Shown piece by piece: positions 37,060-48,868 of a DNA stretch of 64,000 nucleotides. How positions within the stretch are numbered: position 1 is the stretch's first letter; the number at the start of each line of letters is the position of its first letter. Made by a program: the position numbers and the translations under genes. This stretch comes from Mobula hypostoma (Eukaryota). The stretch lies in assembly GCF_963921235.1 (NCBI RefSeq), contig NC_086097.1:228472001-228536000 (forward strand). Direction: 5' to 3'. The notes beneath the pieces were generated by a model that did no database searches, was not told the DNA's origin, and was given only the letters and a program-made list of their open reading frames with translations.

Positions 37060-37480
37060 ACATTGTTTAATCTCATTTCCAGCACACAAGTGTAAAGGAG
37101 AATGAAGTAATTGTTACTCCAGATTTGACACAACACAAAAAACACGAAAAGATAAAGAACACAATAGTAAACCAGCATAATACATATAAGTACATAAGAT
37201 ATGCTGGATTATATACTGTACGTAGATTGATGGTGTGTACGTGAAGTGACACTAGGTACAAGAGTGTCTGTGAATAAGGTGACTGGCAGGAAATGATGAA
37301 GTAGTGGTGGTGGAGGGGTGGGTTAGTGTGTTGAAGAGTTGATCAGCCTTACTGCTTGGGAAAAGTTATTGCTTTTGTGTCTGGTGGTCCTAGAGTAGAT
37401 GCTATGTAGATGGGAATGGGAGTAACAGTCAGTCAAACATGAGTAGGGTGGGATCTTTCATGATATTGAGGACCTTTTTA
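37060..37480 (-). mobile_element. Degraded LINE 3' end (Rex1-like)
   Basis: Remote similarity to Rex1-type 3' ends in this window. Confidence 0.45.
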
Positions 37481-37700
37481 GAACATTTAGGAGCAGAATT
37501 AAGCTATTTGGCCCGTTGAACCTGCTTCACCATTTCATCATGGCTGATCCATTTTCCCTCTCAGCCCCAGTCTCCTTCCTTCTCCCTATATCCCTTTATG
37601 CCCTGACTAATCAAGAATCGATCAACCTCTGCTTTAAACATACTCAATGACTTGGTCTTCACATCGGCCTGTGGCAATGAATTCCACTCTCTAGCTAAAG
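37481..37700 (-). mobile_element. CR1 3' end
   Basis: GGAGCAGAATTAAGCTATT... terminal motif. Confidence 0.8.
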
Positions 37701-38394
37701 ACTCACTGACACCATTCTGTATGTATGTTCTGGCGGCGGGGAGGCTGGTGCCAGATCCATTTTAGTTTTTACAGTCGCCCTCGTTCACCCATTGCATTTT
37801 CACCTCAGAATCTGTCAAACTCTTTCTTTCTCTACTGCACCCTATTCTAAATCTCTCATTACCTAGGAAGCCCTGGCTTATTCCCAAACACTATACCCTT
37901 TCTTTCCTATTGTACGTAGACAGTAATTCTGCTCTTTTATGTAGTCCGTTGCTCCATTGTGCTTTCGGTCTACACATTTTTGATTCAGGATGAAGCTGCA
38001 CTTTCATTCTTTCAATCACTGAAATCATCTCTTCTCCGGTTCATCGTTTCAATTTTGAATTGCCCCATGTCTTTCTCAATTTCTAAAGTGACCCAAGCCT
38101 GGGTGACAATTGACAAGATACTCTGCAGCCTTGACGTTATCTATTCTGTTCACTTTATTGTCAAGGGCTAGATTAAAAAAAGCCTTCTTGTTCCTTGGGA
38201 TAAGATGTAACAAACGAAAATATTCTCCAGAACACTTCAGCAATTCCTCCACTGGCCTACGAGAATTTGGGACAGTTAATTTTCTTTTTCATTATACTGT
38301 TCTGCAATTCTTGTATTTCTTGGTAACTTGTTTCCAGTTCTGCAATAATTTCCTTTGCAAAAATTGCAAGCCTATAATACACACCAAATGGAAC

Positions 38395-39012
38395 ACAAGC
38401 TGCAGCTACAAAGGAGGCATGACAGCGACGATATTTCATTAGGAGCTTGAAAAGATTTGGTACGTCACCTAAAACACTTGCAACTTTCCACAGTTGTACC
38501 GTACAGAGCATTCTAACCGGCTGCCTCGCCATCTGGCATGGGGTCGGGTTGGCTACTGCACAGGTTCAAAGTAAGCTGCAGAAAGTTGTAAACTTAGTCA
38601 GCTCCATCATGAGCACTAGCCTCTGCAATACCCAGAACATCTTCAAGGACTGATGCCTCAAAAAGGTGGTATCCATCACTAAGGACTCCCACCACCCAGG
38701 ACTTGCCCTCTTCTCATTGCTGCCATCAGGATGGAGGTACAGAAGCCTGAAAACACATAACTCAACGATTCAGAATAGCTTCTTTCCTTCTTTCATCTGA
38801 TTTCTGAATGGACATTGAGCCCATGAACACTACCTCACCACTTTTTTATTTCCATTTCTGCACTACTTTTTTAATTTCACTATAATATATATACATATAC
38901 TTAGAGTAATTCATGTTTCTTTCTATTCTTATGTATTGAATTGTCCTGTTGCTGCAAAGTCAATAAATTTGTATCCTGGCGATTTTAAATCCCAGTCTGA
39001 TTCTGATTCTGA
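38395..39012 (+). mobile_element. Rex1/Babar-like LINE 3' portion
   Basis: ORF 38447-38653 QSILTGCLAIWHG; (TCTGAT)n tail. Confidence 0.85.
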
Positions 39013-39033
39013 AGCCGCTTTATCATGTATAAA

Positions 39034-39623
39034 TGTAAGTCTCAGGCTTGGCCAGCATGTGTTCGTCTAGGGGAAGACAACTTCTGGCCCCACCAAACTG
39101 AGAAATCTCGTTTGTGTGGACGCTGCGTGATGTTACAAATCCCCACCGCAGAATATCAGACAGTACACCCATATGCAATTAAATGATTGAACTTTATAAT
39201 CTTAATCTGAATAAAGGGTTAGTAAAGAAAATAAAAAGAAAAAGGGCCCATTTTAGGGGGAAAAAAGTCAAAAGTGCATGTTGGAACTCACTGATATGGC
39301 TCTTCATCAACCATCGACCTCCTCCAAGTGTCGCCACCCTACCGACCCTCGCTCCCAGTCCATTCCATCCGGTGGTCTTCTGACTTTTTCCATTTGCACC
39401 CTCTCTCTCCATCACTCCCTGACGAAGGACCGTGAAAATCTCTCTTCCAGACTCCCAAGAAACAACAACATTTCTCCCATTGGGTAACATACGTTCCAAA
39501 GCCCCGTTATCTCTAGTCATAACACAAACATTGCTGCTACAGAGAAACCATTACCTGAGCAGTGAAACATTGCATTGAAGCCATTACATTAGCCTTAGCA
39601 GTGAAACCTTACAGCGTGTTACA
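39034..39623. mobile_element. Candidate solo LTR (~590 bp)
   Basis: TGTAA...TTACA inverted termini; internal direct repeats AGCAGTGAAAC; right flank occupied by a CR1 tail so no TSD can be read. Confidence 0.45.
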
Positions 39624-40409
39624 ATAGACAATAGATGCAGGAGTAGACCATTCGGCCCTTCGAACCAGCACCACCATTCACTGTGATCATGGCTGATCAT
39701 CCACTATCAGTATCCAGTTCCTGCCTTATCCCCATAACCTTGATTCCGCTATCTTTAAGAGCTCTATCCATCTCTTTTTTGAAAGCATCCAGAGACTTGG
39801 CCTCCACAGCCTTCTGGGGCAGAGTATTCCATATATCCACCACTCTCTGGGTGAAAAAGTTTTTCCTCAACTCCGTTCTAAATGGCCTACCCCTAATTCT
39901 TAAACTGTGGCCTCTGGTTCTGGACTCACCCATCAGCAGGAACATGCTTCCTGCCTGCAGCGTGTCCAATCCCTTAATAATCTTATATGTTTCAATAAGA
40001 TCCCCTCTCAGCCTTTTAAATTCCAGAGTATACAAGCCCAGTTGCTCCAGTCTTTCAACATATGACAGTCCCGCCATCCCGGGAATTAACCTTGTGAACC
40101 TACGCTGCACTCCCTCAATAGCAAGAATATCCTTCCTCAAATTTGGAGACCAAAACTGCACACAGTACTCCAGGTGTGGTCTCACCAGGGCCCTGTACAG
40201 CTGCAGAAGGACCTCTTTGCTCTTATACACAATTCCCCTTGTTATGAAGGCCAGCATGCCATTAGCTTTCTTCACTGCCTGCTGTACCTGCATACTTGCT
40301 TTCAGTGACTGATGTACAAGAACATCTAGATCTCATTGTGCTTCCCTTTTTCCTAACTTGACTCCACTTAGATAATAATCTGCCTTCCCATTCTTACCAC
40401 CAAAGTGGA
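39624..40409 (-). mobile_element. CR1 3' fragment
   Basis: ORF 39697-40293; (TCTATTG)n tail. Confidence 0.92.
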
Positions 40410-40454
40410 AAATCATAAACATGTGATTGTTTTTATTCAAACAGAAAATGAAGT

Positions 40455-41030
40455 GGGAACAGAAACAAGCTATCTGTCACCTCAAGTCTGTTTGCCATTC
40501 TATAAATCATGGCTAAACTGATTCTGGCCTCAAGCTAACTTTCTTTCTTATTCCCCTTAACTCTCAAATCACCAACAGCCCAAAAATATCAGACTCTTTC
40601 TTGAATATTTCATTGTTTCGGCCTCCACAGCTCTCTGGACTAGAGACTTACAAAGATTCACGACCTTCTAAGAGAAGAGAATCAACCTCATTTCTGAGTT
40701 GACCAGCACTTATAAATGGCATTATCCTCCCAGGTCTAACCTACCCCATGATGGAAGCACCTTAACCACATCAATCCCATGATGCCCTCTCAATAATGTT
40801 TCTAAAGATTGCTTTCATTAACCAACTCGGCCTTTCTTATTCAAACAACCATTCATTACAAGATTCTACTTGTGAACCTTCTCTGAATTGCTTCCAAGAT
40901 AAATATACCGTTCCTTATATAAGACGATCAAATTCCAGATAAGATCTTGGCAATGTTTTGTACTGTTGTGGCCAAACTTACCTATTATTCAAATGCATTC
41001 CACTTGTAATGAAGGCCTATACTGCATTTG
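40455..41030 (-). mobile_element. Highly degraded CR1 3' fragment
   Basis: Residual GGCCTCCACAGCTCTCTGG...AAGATTCACGACC and TTGTGAACCTTCTCTG motifs. Confidence 0.6.
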
Positions 41031-41049
41031 AAAATTAGAAAACTAAAGA

Positions 41050-41515
41050 AGTTGGCAATCTGAGAAAGAAACAGAATATTCCATGAAAACTCACCAAGTC
41101 AGGCAGTACCTGTAACAAGAGAAACAGTTAATAACTCAAGTCGACGACTCTTCATCAGAATTTGAAATGCAAGAAAACATGTCTGTTTTAAATTGCAGGG
41201 AGGGACACAGGGAACAGAGCAAAGGGAATGTTTGTGAGAATGTGGAGACTAAGGTTGTCCAGCTGATACGATTATTTGAAAATAAAAATAAAAATCAGCA
41301 GATGCCGAAATGTAAGGTTAAAAAAACTGAAAATACTCAAAATACTCAACATGTCAGGTCACTTCTGTGAGAGGGAAACGGAATTAATGTTTCAAATCAA
41401 AGACCCTTTGTCAGAACTGGGGAAGAAACAAAAGTAGTTTGTTAAGCTGCAGAGAGGGAGTTTCCCACAGGGGTGATCTGACCTACTGAGAAATTCCAGC
41501 ATTTTCTGTTCTTAT
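41050..41515. repeat. Cluster of PLE-terminus repeats: two tandem minus-strand copies plus one inverted partial copy
   Basis: Minus strand CTGATGA-A-GAGTC(GTC)GACTT (~41138-41158) and CTGACAA-A-GGGTCTTTGATTT-GAAACATT (~41386-41414); inverted arm TGACCTACTGAGAAATTCCAGCATTTT. Confidence 0.6.
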
Positions 41516-41695
41516 GAAAGTTTTCTTGTATTTCCAGTTTTTTTGGTTTTCAGGGTATTATATCAGCTGAACAATCGTAGTCTCTACATTCTCACAGACT
41601 TTCATTTTGTTCTCTTCCCTTTAAGGAGGTTGGGGTTGGGGTGGGAGGGTTGTATCTGATGGGACAAAATGTGGGTGACCGTGATGATCAACTGT

Positions 41696-41948
41696 AAACA
41701 TAGAAACATAGAAACATAGAAAATAGGTGCAGGAGTAGGCCATTCGGCCCTTCGAGCCTGCACCGCCATTTATTATGATCATGGCTGATCATCCAACTCA
41801 GAACCCCGCCCCAGCCTTCCCTCCATACCCCCTGACCCCTGTAGCCACAAGGGCCATATCTAACTCCCTCTTAAACATAGCCAATGAACTGGCCTCAACA
41901 GTTTGCTGTGGCAGAGAATTCCACAGATTCACCACTCTCTGTGTGAAG
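41696..41948 (-). mobile_element. Third young CR1 sibling, ~250-bp 3' end
   Basis: Near-identical to 5722-5971 apart from a 6-bp insertion before the stop codon. Confidence 0.95.
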
Positions 41949-41989
41949 GAGTCAATGAGTGAACCTGAGCTGATTTTATTTGAGTTATA

Positions 41990-43510
41990 CAATGCAGGAC
42001 AGGCCCTTTGGCTCAACTCCTTCATGCCAACCACGATACCTTCCTAAGTGAATCCAATTTGCCTGAGTTTGACCCATACCTGTCCATGTACCTAAGCATT
42101 GTAAATATACCTGCCTCTACCACCTCCTCTGACAGCTCATTCCACATCCTCACCACCTTCTGTGTGAAAAACTTTCTCCTCAGATCTCATTTAAGTCTTT
42201 CTTCTCTTACCTCATCACTACCCCAAGAAAAAGACTGCTACCTAACTACCTATCTATGCCCCTCATGATTTGGACATCCGCCATAAGGTCACCCTCCTTC
42301 ACTCCATGGGAAGTAGTCTGACTGTAGTGTGGTGATCAGAACTGAACACAATACTCCCAGTACAGTCTCCCCAAGATCTTGTATCCTTAGAACATAGAGC
42401 ATAGAACAGTACAGCACAGGAACTGGCCATTGTGCCCACAATGTTGTGTTGAACTAATTAAATTAGTAATCAAATGGATAACTAAACTGATCTCTTCTGT
42501 CCACACACTATCCATATACTTCCATTTTTCTCATATTCATGAGCCTATCTAAATGTCTATTAGAAGTCCCTAATGTCTATCTCTATCACCACCCTGGGTG
42601 GCACATTCCAGGCACCCGCCACTGTCTGTACACAAAAACCTGTCCTTCACATTTCCTTCGAAATTACCCCCATCATTATAGCACATGGCCTCTAATGCAG
42701 ACAACATCCTAGTAAACCTCTTCTGCACCCTCTCCAAAGCCTCGAGGTCCTTCCAATAGCAGGGGTGACCAGAATTGAATATGCAGTGATCTAGATGCAG
42801 CCTAACTAGCTGCAACGTAAGTTCTTGACTTGTAACATGACTTTCCCACTCCTGTACTCACTGTTGCAACCTATGAAGGCAAGCATTCATTGGTCTACTT
42901 GAGTTCCACTTTCAAAGAACTATATACTTGTACTTTTAGATCTCTGTTTAATAACACTCCACAAGGCTCTGATGAAGAGTCTCAGCCTGAAATGTCAACA
43001 GTGCATTTCCCTTCATAGATGCTTCCTGGCCTGCTGAGTTCCTCCAGCATTTTGTGTGTGTTTGTTCCTGCCGTTTTATCTGTTTGTTCTGCCCAGGTTT
43101 AGCTTCCAAAAATACATCACTTTGCACCTCACCCTGTTAAATTCCACTTGACATTCACTTGCTGACATTCCCAGATGATTAATATCCTGCTGTAACCTTT
43201 TACAACCTTCTTCACTCTCCACTCTACCACTAGGTTTGGTGTTATCTGTGAACTTACGAAACATGCCACCTACATTCTCATCCACACTATTCATATATAT
43301 AACAAACAACACTGGACCCAGCACTGAACCCTGAAGCATCCCACTGGTTACAGGCCTCCAATCTGAAGAACAACCCTCCCTTGCCACCCTCTGCCTCTTT
43401 TCACCAGGAAAAATCTGTATCCAATTGATTAGCTCACATTGCATCCCATGTGAATTAACCTTCTGGACGAGCATGCAAGATTTTATTAAAGGCCTTGTTA
43501 AAGTCCATCT
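41990..43510 (-). mobile_element. Degraded CR1 fragments (two stacked 3' ends plus RT part)
   Basis: ORFs 42570-42815 and 43076-43531 (LQGSVLGP, FTDNTK). Confidence 0.8.
42965..43062 (+). repeat. Solo PLE-terminus repeat with hammerhead core, inside a CR1
   Basis: CTGATGA(42969-75)-A-GAGTCTCAGCCT-GAAA-TGTC, followed by GATGCTTCCTGGCCTGCTGAGTTCCTCCAGCATTTTGTGTG. Confidence 0.75.
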
Positions 43511-44984
43511 TTTTTCCCTTTCTTTTCTCATTATTTTTTTGGGAATGGAGAACAGTCCCAGCCTGGTCTATCTGCAATTCTTCCTGTTCTGAAATTCATG
43601 ACTCCAACATTCTATGTTTTCACTCTCAAACTATTCCCATTTATATCTATTTGATTCTTCGTTATGCTTCACAACTTGCTTTGCTACTTGTTTGTAGTAA
43701 TGTAATGGTTATTCATTTCTTGCGTCAGGGTGCCTCATGTTTTGCCAAGTTCCGCTTTCTAAACACAGCAAATGCCACTTATAAAATCAGGCAGTGCAAA
43801 TTAAACTTCCAGATATATCCTTTGTTTAGCTTATGGTCATAACCAGAAGTCAGTCGTCAGCTCTTGAAATGTAAATGGAAAGCAGTAATCAGCTTGAAGT
43901 TAAAAATACAGCTTTGCAAACAAGCTCTGAATATAGCAGATACTTTGTCTATAGAAGGTAGGATGTCGGTCACTGCACCTGGTTTATTAGAGCCCAAGCA
44001 GTACATTATAAAACAATGTGTTATTTTATTTGGCTTGTTTCAAAACAAAGCTGACCAAGTTGTTTAGTTCAAGGAAGCTTGCAGGCTAGATGGACAATAT
44101 CATATAGCACACCAACAACTGACAGATTAATGTTGGAAGTTTTATGAACTCAAGAAAGTTAGCCTTACTGCATTAATTGTGGGTAGCTGGCATCTATGTC
44201 CCCGAAAAGCTTTTAGACTATTTGTGTAAAAAGGGTATCTGAGGAAATATAACATGCTTGTGAAGTTACTCAAGTGACAGATAAAGGGTATAAATGTAGA
44301 AAGTAGTTTAGGCTTATTAGAAATGGGACAGGGAACATTAGGTAGCATGACAGAAACATGTGGAGAACTATAATCCATTCCTCTTGCTCCTATTTCTGCA
44401 ATGAATGATTTGATCTTCTGCATTGTTGGTATGCCTTTTTAGTATATAGGAATTATACCAGTGTTTTGGAAATCTATGTTTTAGAAATGGTTGTAATTTA
44501 GCAATGTTTAAAATAAAAAATCCTCTGTAAGTTATAAATATGTTTTTAGAACATTGTTTGGATTTAAGTATGTATCACTGAAGATACATGAACTGTGTTT
44601 TAAACTATTTTGTTAACTGGAATTATCTCCTCCTTGGTAGGGACAGATCCAGCACTTGAGTAGTGGACATTGGCAGCAAAATGCACCATGGAGAGTAAAC
44701 AGGGCAGTGAACTAGTCTTTGAAGATAAGGCAGTTACAGTAGAATCTCCCTTTAGTGAGGGTACTTGTAGCTATTTATATCTGATGGTTCTTAAGGTCTT
44801 CATCTGAGTTTAGAACTTCAAGATCAGCAAACTCAATACCATGATAGTAATGGGAATCTATGTGTTTGAATGAATTCCAGTTCAGTTTCATTGTTAATAA
44901 ACAATGAATGTTCAATTGATTAGTTAATATTAAGGATTCTTATTTGGAACTAAAAAAAATTAAAGATCTAAAGATCTTAAAGAT

Positions 44985-45200
44985 TTTAAATATCAGCTTT
45001 ATTTGTCACATGTACATCAAAACGTACAATGAGATGCATCATTTGTGTCAACAACTAACATGTCCAATATGTACTGGAGCAACCCACAAGTGTGCCCAAT
45101 GCTTCTGGCACCAACATAGCATGCCCACAATTTACTAACCTAACCCATACCTCTTTGGAATATGGGAGGAATCCAGAGCATCTGGAGGAAACCCATGCAA
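44985..45200 (-). mobile_element. V-SINE-like fragment
   Basis: TCTTTGGAATATGGGAGGAATCCAGAGCATCTGGAGGAAACCCA; homologous to 17585-17740. Confidence 0.65.
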
Positions 45201-45329
45201 GTTATGCCAACCGCTAATCTACCTTAGCCTTGCTTTGTGCTAATTGCGATTATACTACAACTGCTGTGAAATGAAAGTGGTGAATAAACCTACAAAGCTA
45301 AATCGTGCAACATAGGGCTCAGCATAACT

Positions 45330-46562
45330 TCATTTCCAGATGAGTTCAATGCCTTCTATGCTCGCTTTGACCACCAGAACAGGGAGGAACCATTATGCAA
45401 CCCCATGTCTCCGGATGATCCTTTGGTCTCAGCAACTGAAGATGACTTAAGGGCTGCCATCAAGAAAGTGAATCCAAGGAAATCGTCTGATCTGGGTGGA
45501 GTACCCGATTGAGCACAGACGACCTGTGCTGACCAACTGGCTAGTGTATTCACAGATATCTTCAACCTCAACCTCCGGCAGCGTGTGGTACCCACCAGCT
45601 TCAAGCGGGCTTCAGTTGTACTGGTTACCATGCTCTTACCAAGAAGAGTATGGTAACCATGGTGAGAGCATGGTAAGAAGAGCAGGTTCAGCACATCATC
45701 AAAAACATTGGCAAGCTTGTATAGATGTGTGGTGGAAAGTTTGAGAGTCTGGTAGGGGAACACCAATGCCTTTGAGCAGAAAATTTTACAAAAGGTAATG
45801 GATTCAGCCCAGTACATTACGCGTAAAACCTTCACAACCATTGAGCACACCTACACGAAATGTTGTGTTAGAAAAGCAGCAAACGTCAACAAAGATCCTC
45901 ACCACCCAGGCCACGCTCTTTTCTCACTGCTGCCATCAGGTAGAAGGTACAAGTGCCTCAGGACTCGCACCACCAGGTTCAAGAACAATTATTACTCCTC
46001 AACTAACAAACTCTTGAACAAAAGGTGATAGCTACTAGTTATTTAAGGACTCATTTAAAGATTCTGTTATATTATTAATTCATGCTCACTGTGTGGGCAC
46101 ATGGCCAAGTGGTTAAGGCATTGGACTAGCGACCTGAAGGTCGTGAGTTCGAGCCCCAGCCAAAGCAATGTGTGTTGTGTCCTTGAGCAAGGCACACATT
46201 GCTCTGCGACGACACCAGTGTCAAGCTGTATGGGTCCTAATGCCCTTCCCTTGGACAACACTGGTGTCGTGGAGAGGGGAGACTTGCATCATGGGCAACT
46301 GCCAGTCTTCCTTACAACTTTGCCCAGGCCTGCACCCTGGAGAGCGAAGACTTTCCAGGCGCAGATCCATGGTCTCGCAAGAATAACAGATGACTATTCA
46401 TGCTCATTAATTGTTGCAATTATAATATCTGCATCTGCATATTTGTTTATAGTTTACAGATACTGTTCTATAGATTTGCTGAGTATGCCCTCAGAAAAAG
46501 AATCACAAGGTTGTATGTGAGACATGTATGTATTCTGATAATAAATTTTACTTTGAACTATG
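45330..46562 (+). mobile_element. Internally deleted Rex1-like LINE
   Basis: Pre-RT part (CADQLASVFTDIFNL) joined to C-terminus ORF 45798-46028 (HPGHALFSLLPSGRRY); ACTTTGAACT tail. Confidence 0.8.
46091..46395 (+). mobile_element. tRNA-derived SINE with TSD
   Basis: A box TGGCCAAGTGG (46102-12), B box GTTCGAGCC (46147-55); TSD ATTCATGCTCA at 46078-88 and 46396-406. Confidence 0.88.
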
Positions 46563-46985
46563 AACAAGGTATTCTTGTCTCACTGACTTGTGCCTGATTA
46601 GGGCATCTTAACATGAATTCTCAGGAAGGGCAGGCAGATGAAAGGACAAAATTGCAGCCAACAGGGCAAGTATCAGTGCATTAGAGATGCAGAATCTGAA
46701 AGGATAGCAAATAGAGTACACAAAATGTTATATATCGATGTATGGAGTATAAGAAATAAGGTGGATAAGCTTGTTGCTCTTTTGCAGATTGTCAGGTATA
46801 CTGCTGTGACCAGCACTGAATAGAGGCTGAAGGGTGGTTGTAGTTGGAAGGATAGGAAGGTAGGCAGAGGGGATGATGTGCCTCTGCTGGTGAAGAATGG
46901 CATCAAATCATTAAAAAGATGAGACATAGGATCAGAAGATGTTGAATCCTTGTGGGTTAAGTTAAGAAACTTGCAAGGGTAAAAA

Positions 46986-48868
46986 GCCCAGGTACGAAGT
47001 ATCATGGAGTAGGCCTGCTTGTCATGGATGAATGCCTCACAGAGTGTCCTCAGCCAGCTTGATTCCATTCAAAGAAAGGCTCTCAGGATTGTAGGTGTAG
47101 AAGAAGCCACAGCTCGTGAGAAGCTGGCCATCAGTAGCTTACACCACGACGACAGGTTGCTGCAGCTACTGTGCTATACAAAATGCACACCAGCCACAGC
47201 CCTGCAGACCTTCGCACCATGCTGACTTCATCTTATGAGAGACAGCGCACCACACGATCAAGTTTATCTATGTCTGCTCATGCTGTTTCTATGCCTGATG
47301 CGAGAACCTACACACTGCATAGAAGCTTCCTTCACTGTGCTATCACAATTTGGAACAGCCTTCTAGATGCTGTGGTTGGAAACATCTGCAACGATGGGGT
47401 CCAAGCCTTCAAGAGTCGAGTGCATAAACACCTATCATCTCTGGGAGGGAAGTCACATGCCTCTTCATAAGCTATCATGAAGGGGACCAGGATGGCAATG
47501 CTTGGCTGTTGGTAGGTAGGGTTAATACCTGACTTTCAAGAGCACTTCTGATTTATGTTCTGGCTGGACTTAGTCCTTAAACTGCTGGAGAACAGTGCGG
47601 AAAGAACAGGTGCTGTTTTCTCCCGGTAGGGATTAGTTTTTAGTTCCAAGTGCTCCTGTCATGTTTTGTCACCCTGCAACCTCATCCTTCAATCTTTTCG
47701 AATTATGGAGGACAGCATGTATATAGTCATAGACATACTTTATTAATCCCAGGGGAAATTGGTTTTCATTGCAGTTGCTCCATAAATAATAAATAGTAAT
47801 AGAACCATAAATAGTTAAAATAGTAATATGTAGATTATGCCAGTAAATTATGAAATAAGTCCAGGACCAGCCTATTGTCTCAGGGTGTCTGACCCTCCAA
47901 GGGAGTTGTTGTAAAGTTTGATGGCCACAGGCAGGAATGACTTCCTATGACGCTCAGTGCTGCATCTCGGTGGAATGAGTCTCTGGCTGAATGTACTCCT
48001 GTGCCCAACCAGTACATTATGTAGTGGATGGGAGACATTGTCCAAGATGGCATGCAACTTAGACAGCATCCTCTTTTCAGACACCACCGTCAGAGAGTCC
48101 AGTTCCATCCCCACAACATCACTGGCCTTACAAATGAGTTTGTTGATTCTGTTGGTGTCTGCCACCCTCAGCCTGCTGCCCCAGCACACAACAGCAAACA
48201 TGATCGCACTGGCCACCACAGACTTGTAGAACATCCTCAGCATCATCCGGCAGATGTTAATGGACCTCAGTCTCCTCAGGAAATAGAGATGACTCTGACC
48301 CTTCTCGTAGACAGCCCTCAGTGTTCTTTGACCAGTCCAGTTTATTGTCAATTCATATCCCCAAGTATTTTTAATCCTTTACCATGTCCACACTGACCCA
48401 CTGGATGGAAACAGGGGTCACCGGTACCTTAGCTCTCCTCAGGTCTACCACCAGCTCCTTAGTCTTTTTCACATTAAGCTGCAGATAATTCTGCTCACAC
48501 CATGTGACAAAGTTTCCTACCGTAGCCCTGTACTCAGCCTCATCTCCCTTGCTGATGCATCAAACTATGGCAGAGTCATCCGAAAATTTCTGAAGATGAC
48601 AAGACTCTGTGCAGTAGTTGAAGTCCGAGGTGTAAATGGTGAAGAGATATCAATATCTCTCCAGTAGTCTTCATCATGATCATCATGACTCCAGTATTTC
48701 TACTATTTTTTTTAATGTTTCTTAATTGTACATATGATTTTTTTGCGTTCTATCGCTGAGCAGCAATGAACCATCTGATTGGCCTGTCAGAGTTCTCTTT
48801 GGGAACTAGTTGACTTGATCAGCATTTCTGATCTGGCTATTGTTCATGATTGCACTTAAAAAAAAAAG
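46986..48868 (+). mobile_element. Distinct CR1/L2-superfamily LINE 3' end with long 3'UTR and poly(A), nested in the CR1
   Basis: KAQVRSIME*ACLSWMNAS...LDSIQRKALR and SFLHCAITIWNSL; A-run at ~48858-48868. Confidence 0.7.
47726..48647 (-). mobile_element. Rex1/Babar-like 3' fragment
   Basis: ORF 47872-48351; same family as 29601-30235. Confidence 0.92.

Noticed and set aside
46091..46165. tRNA gene
   Set aside because: It is the head of a SINE, with body, tail and TSD; no convincing cloverleaf or T-run terminator
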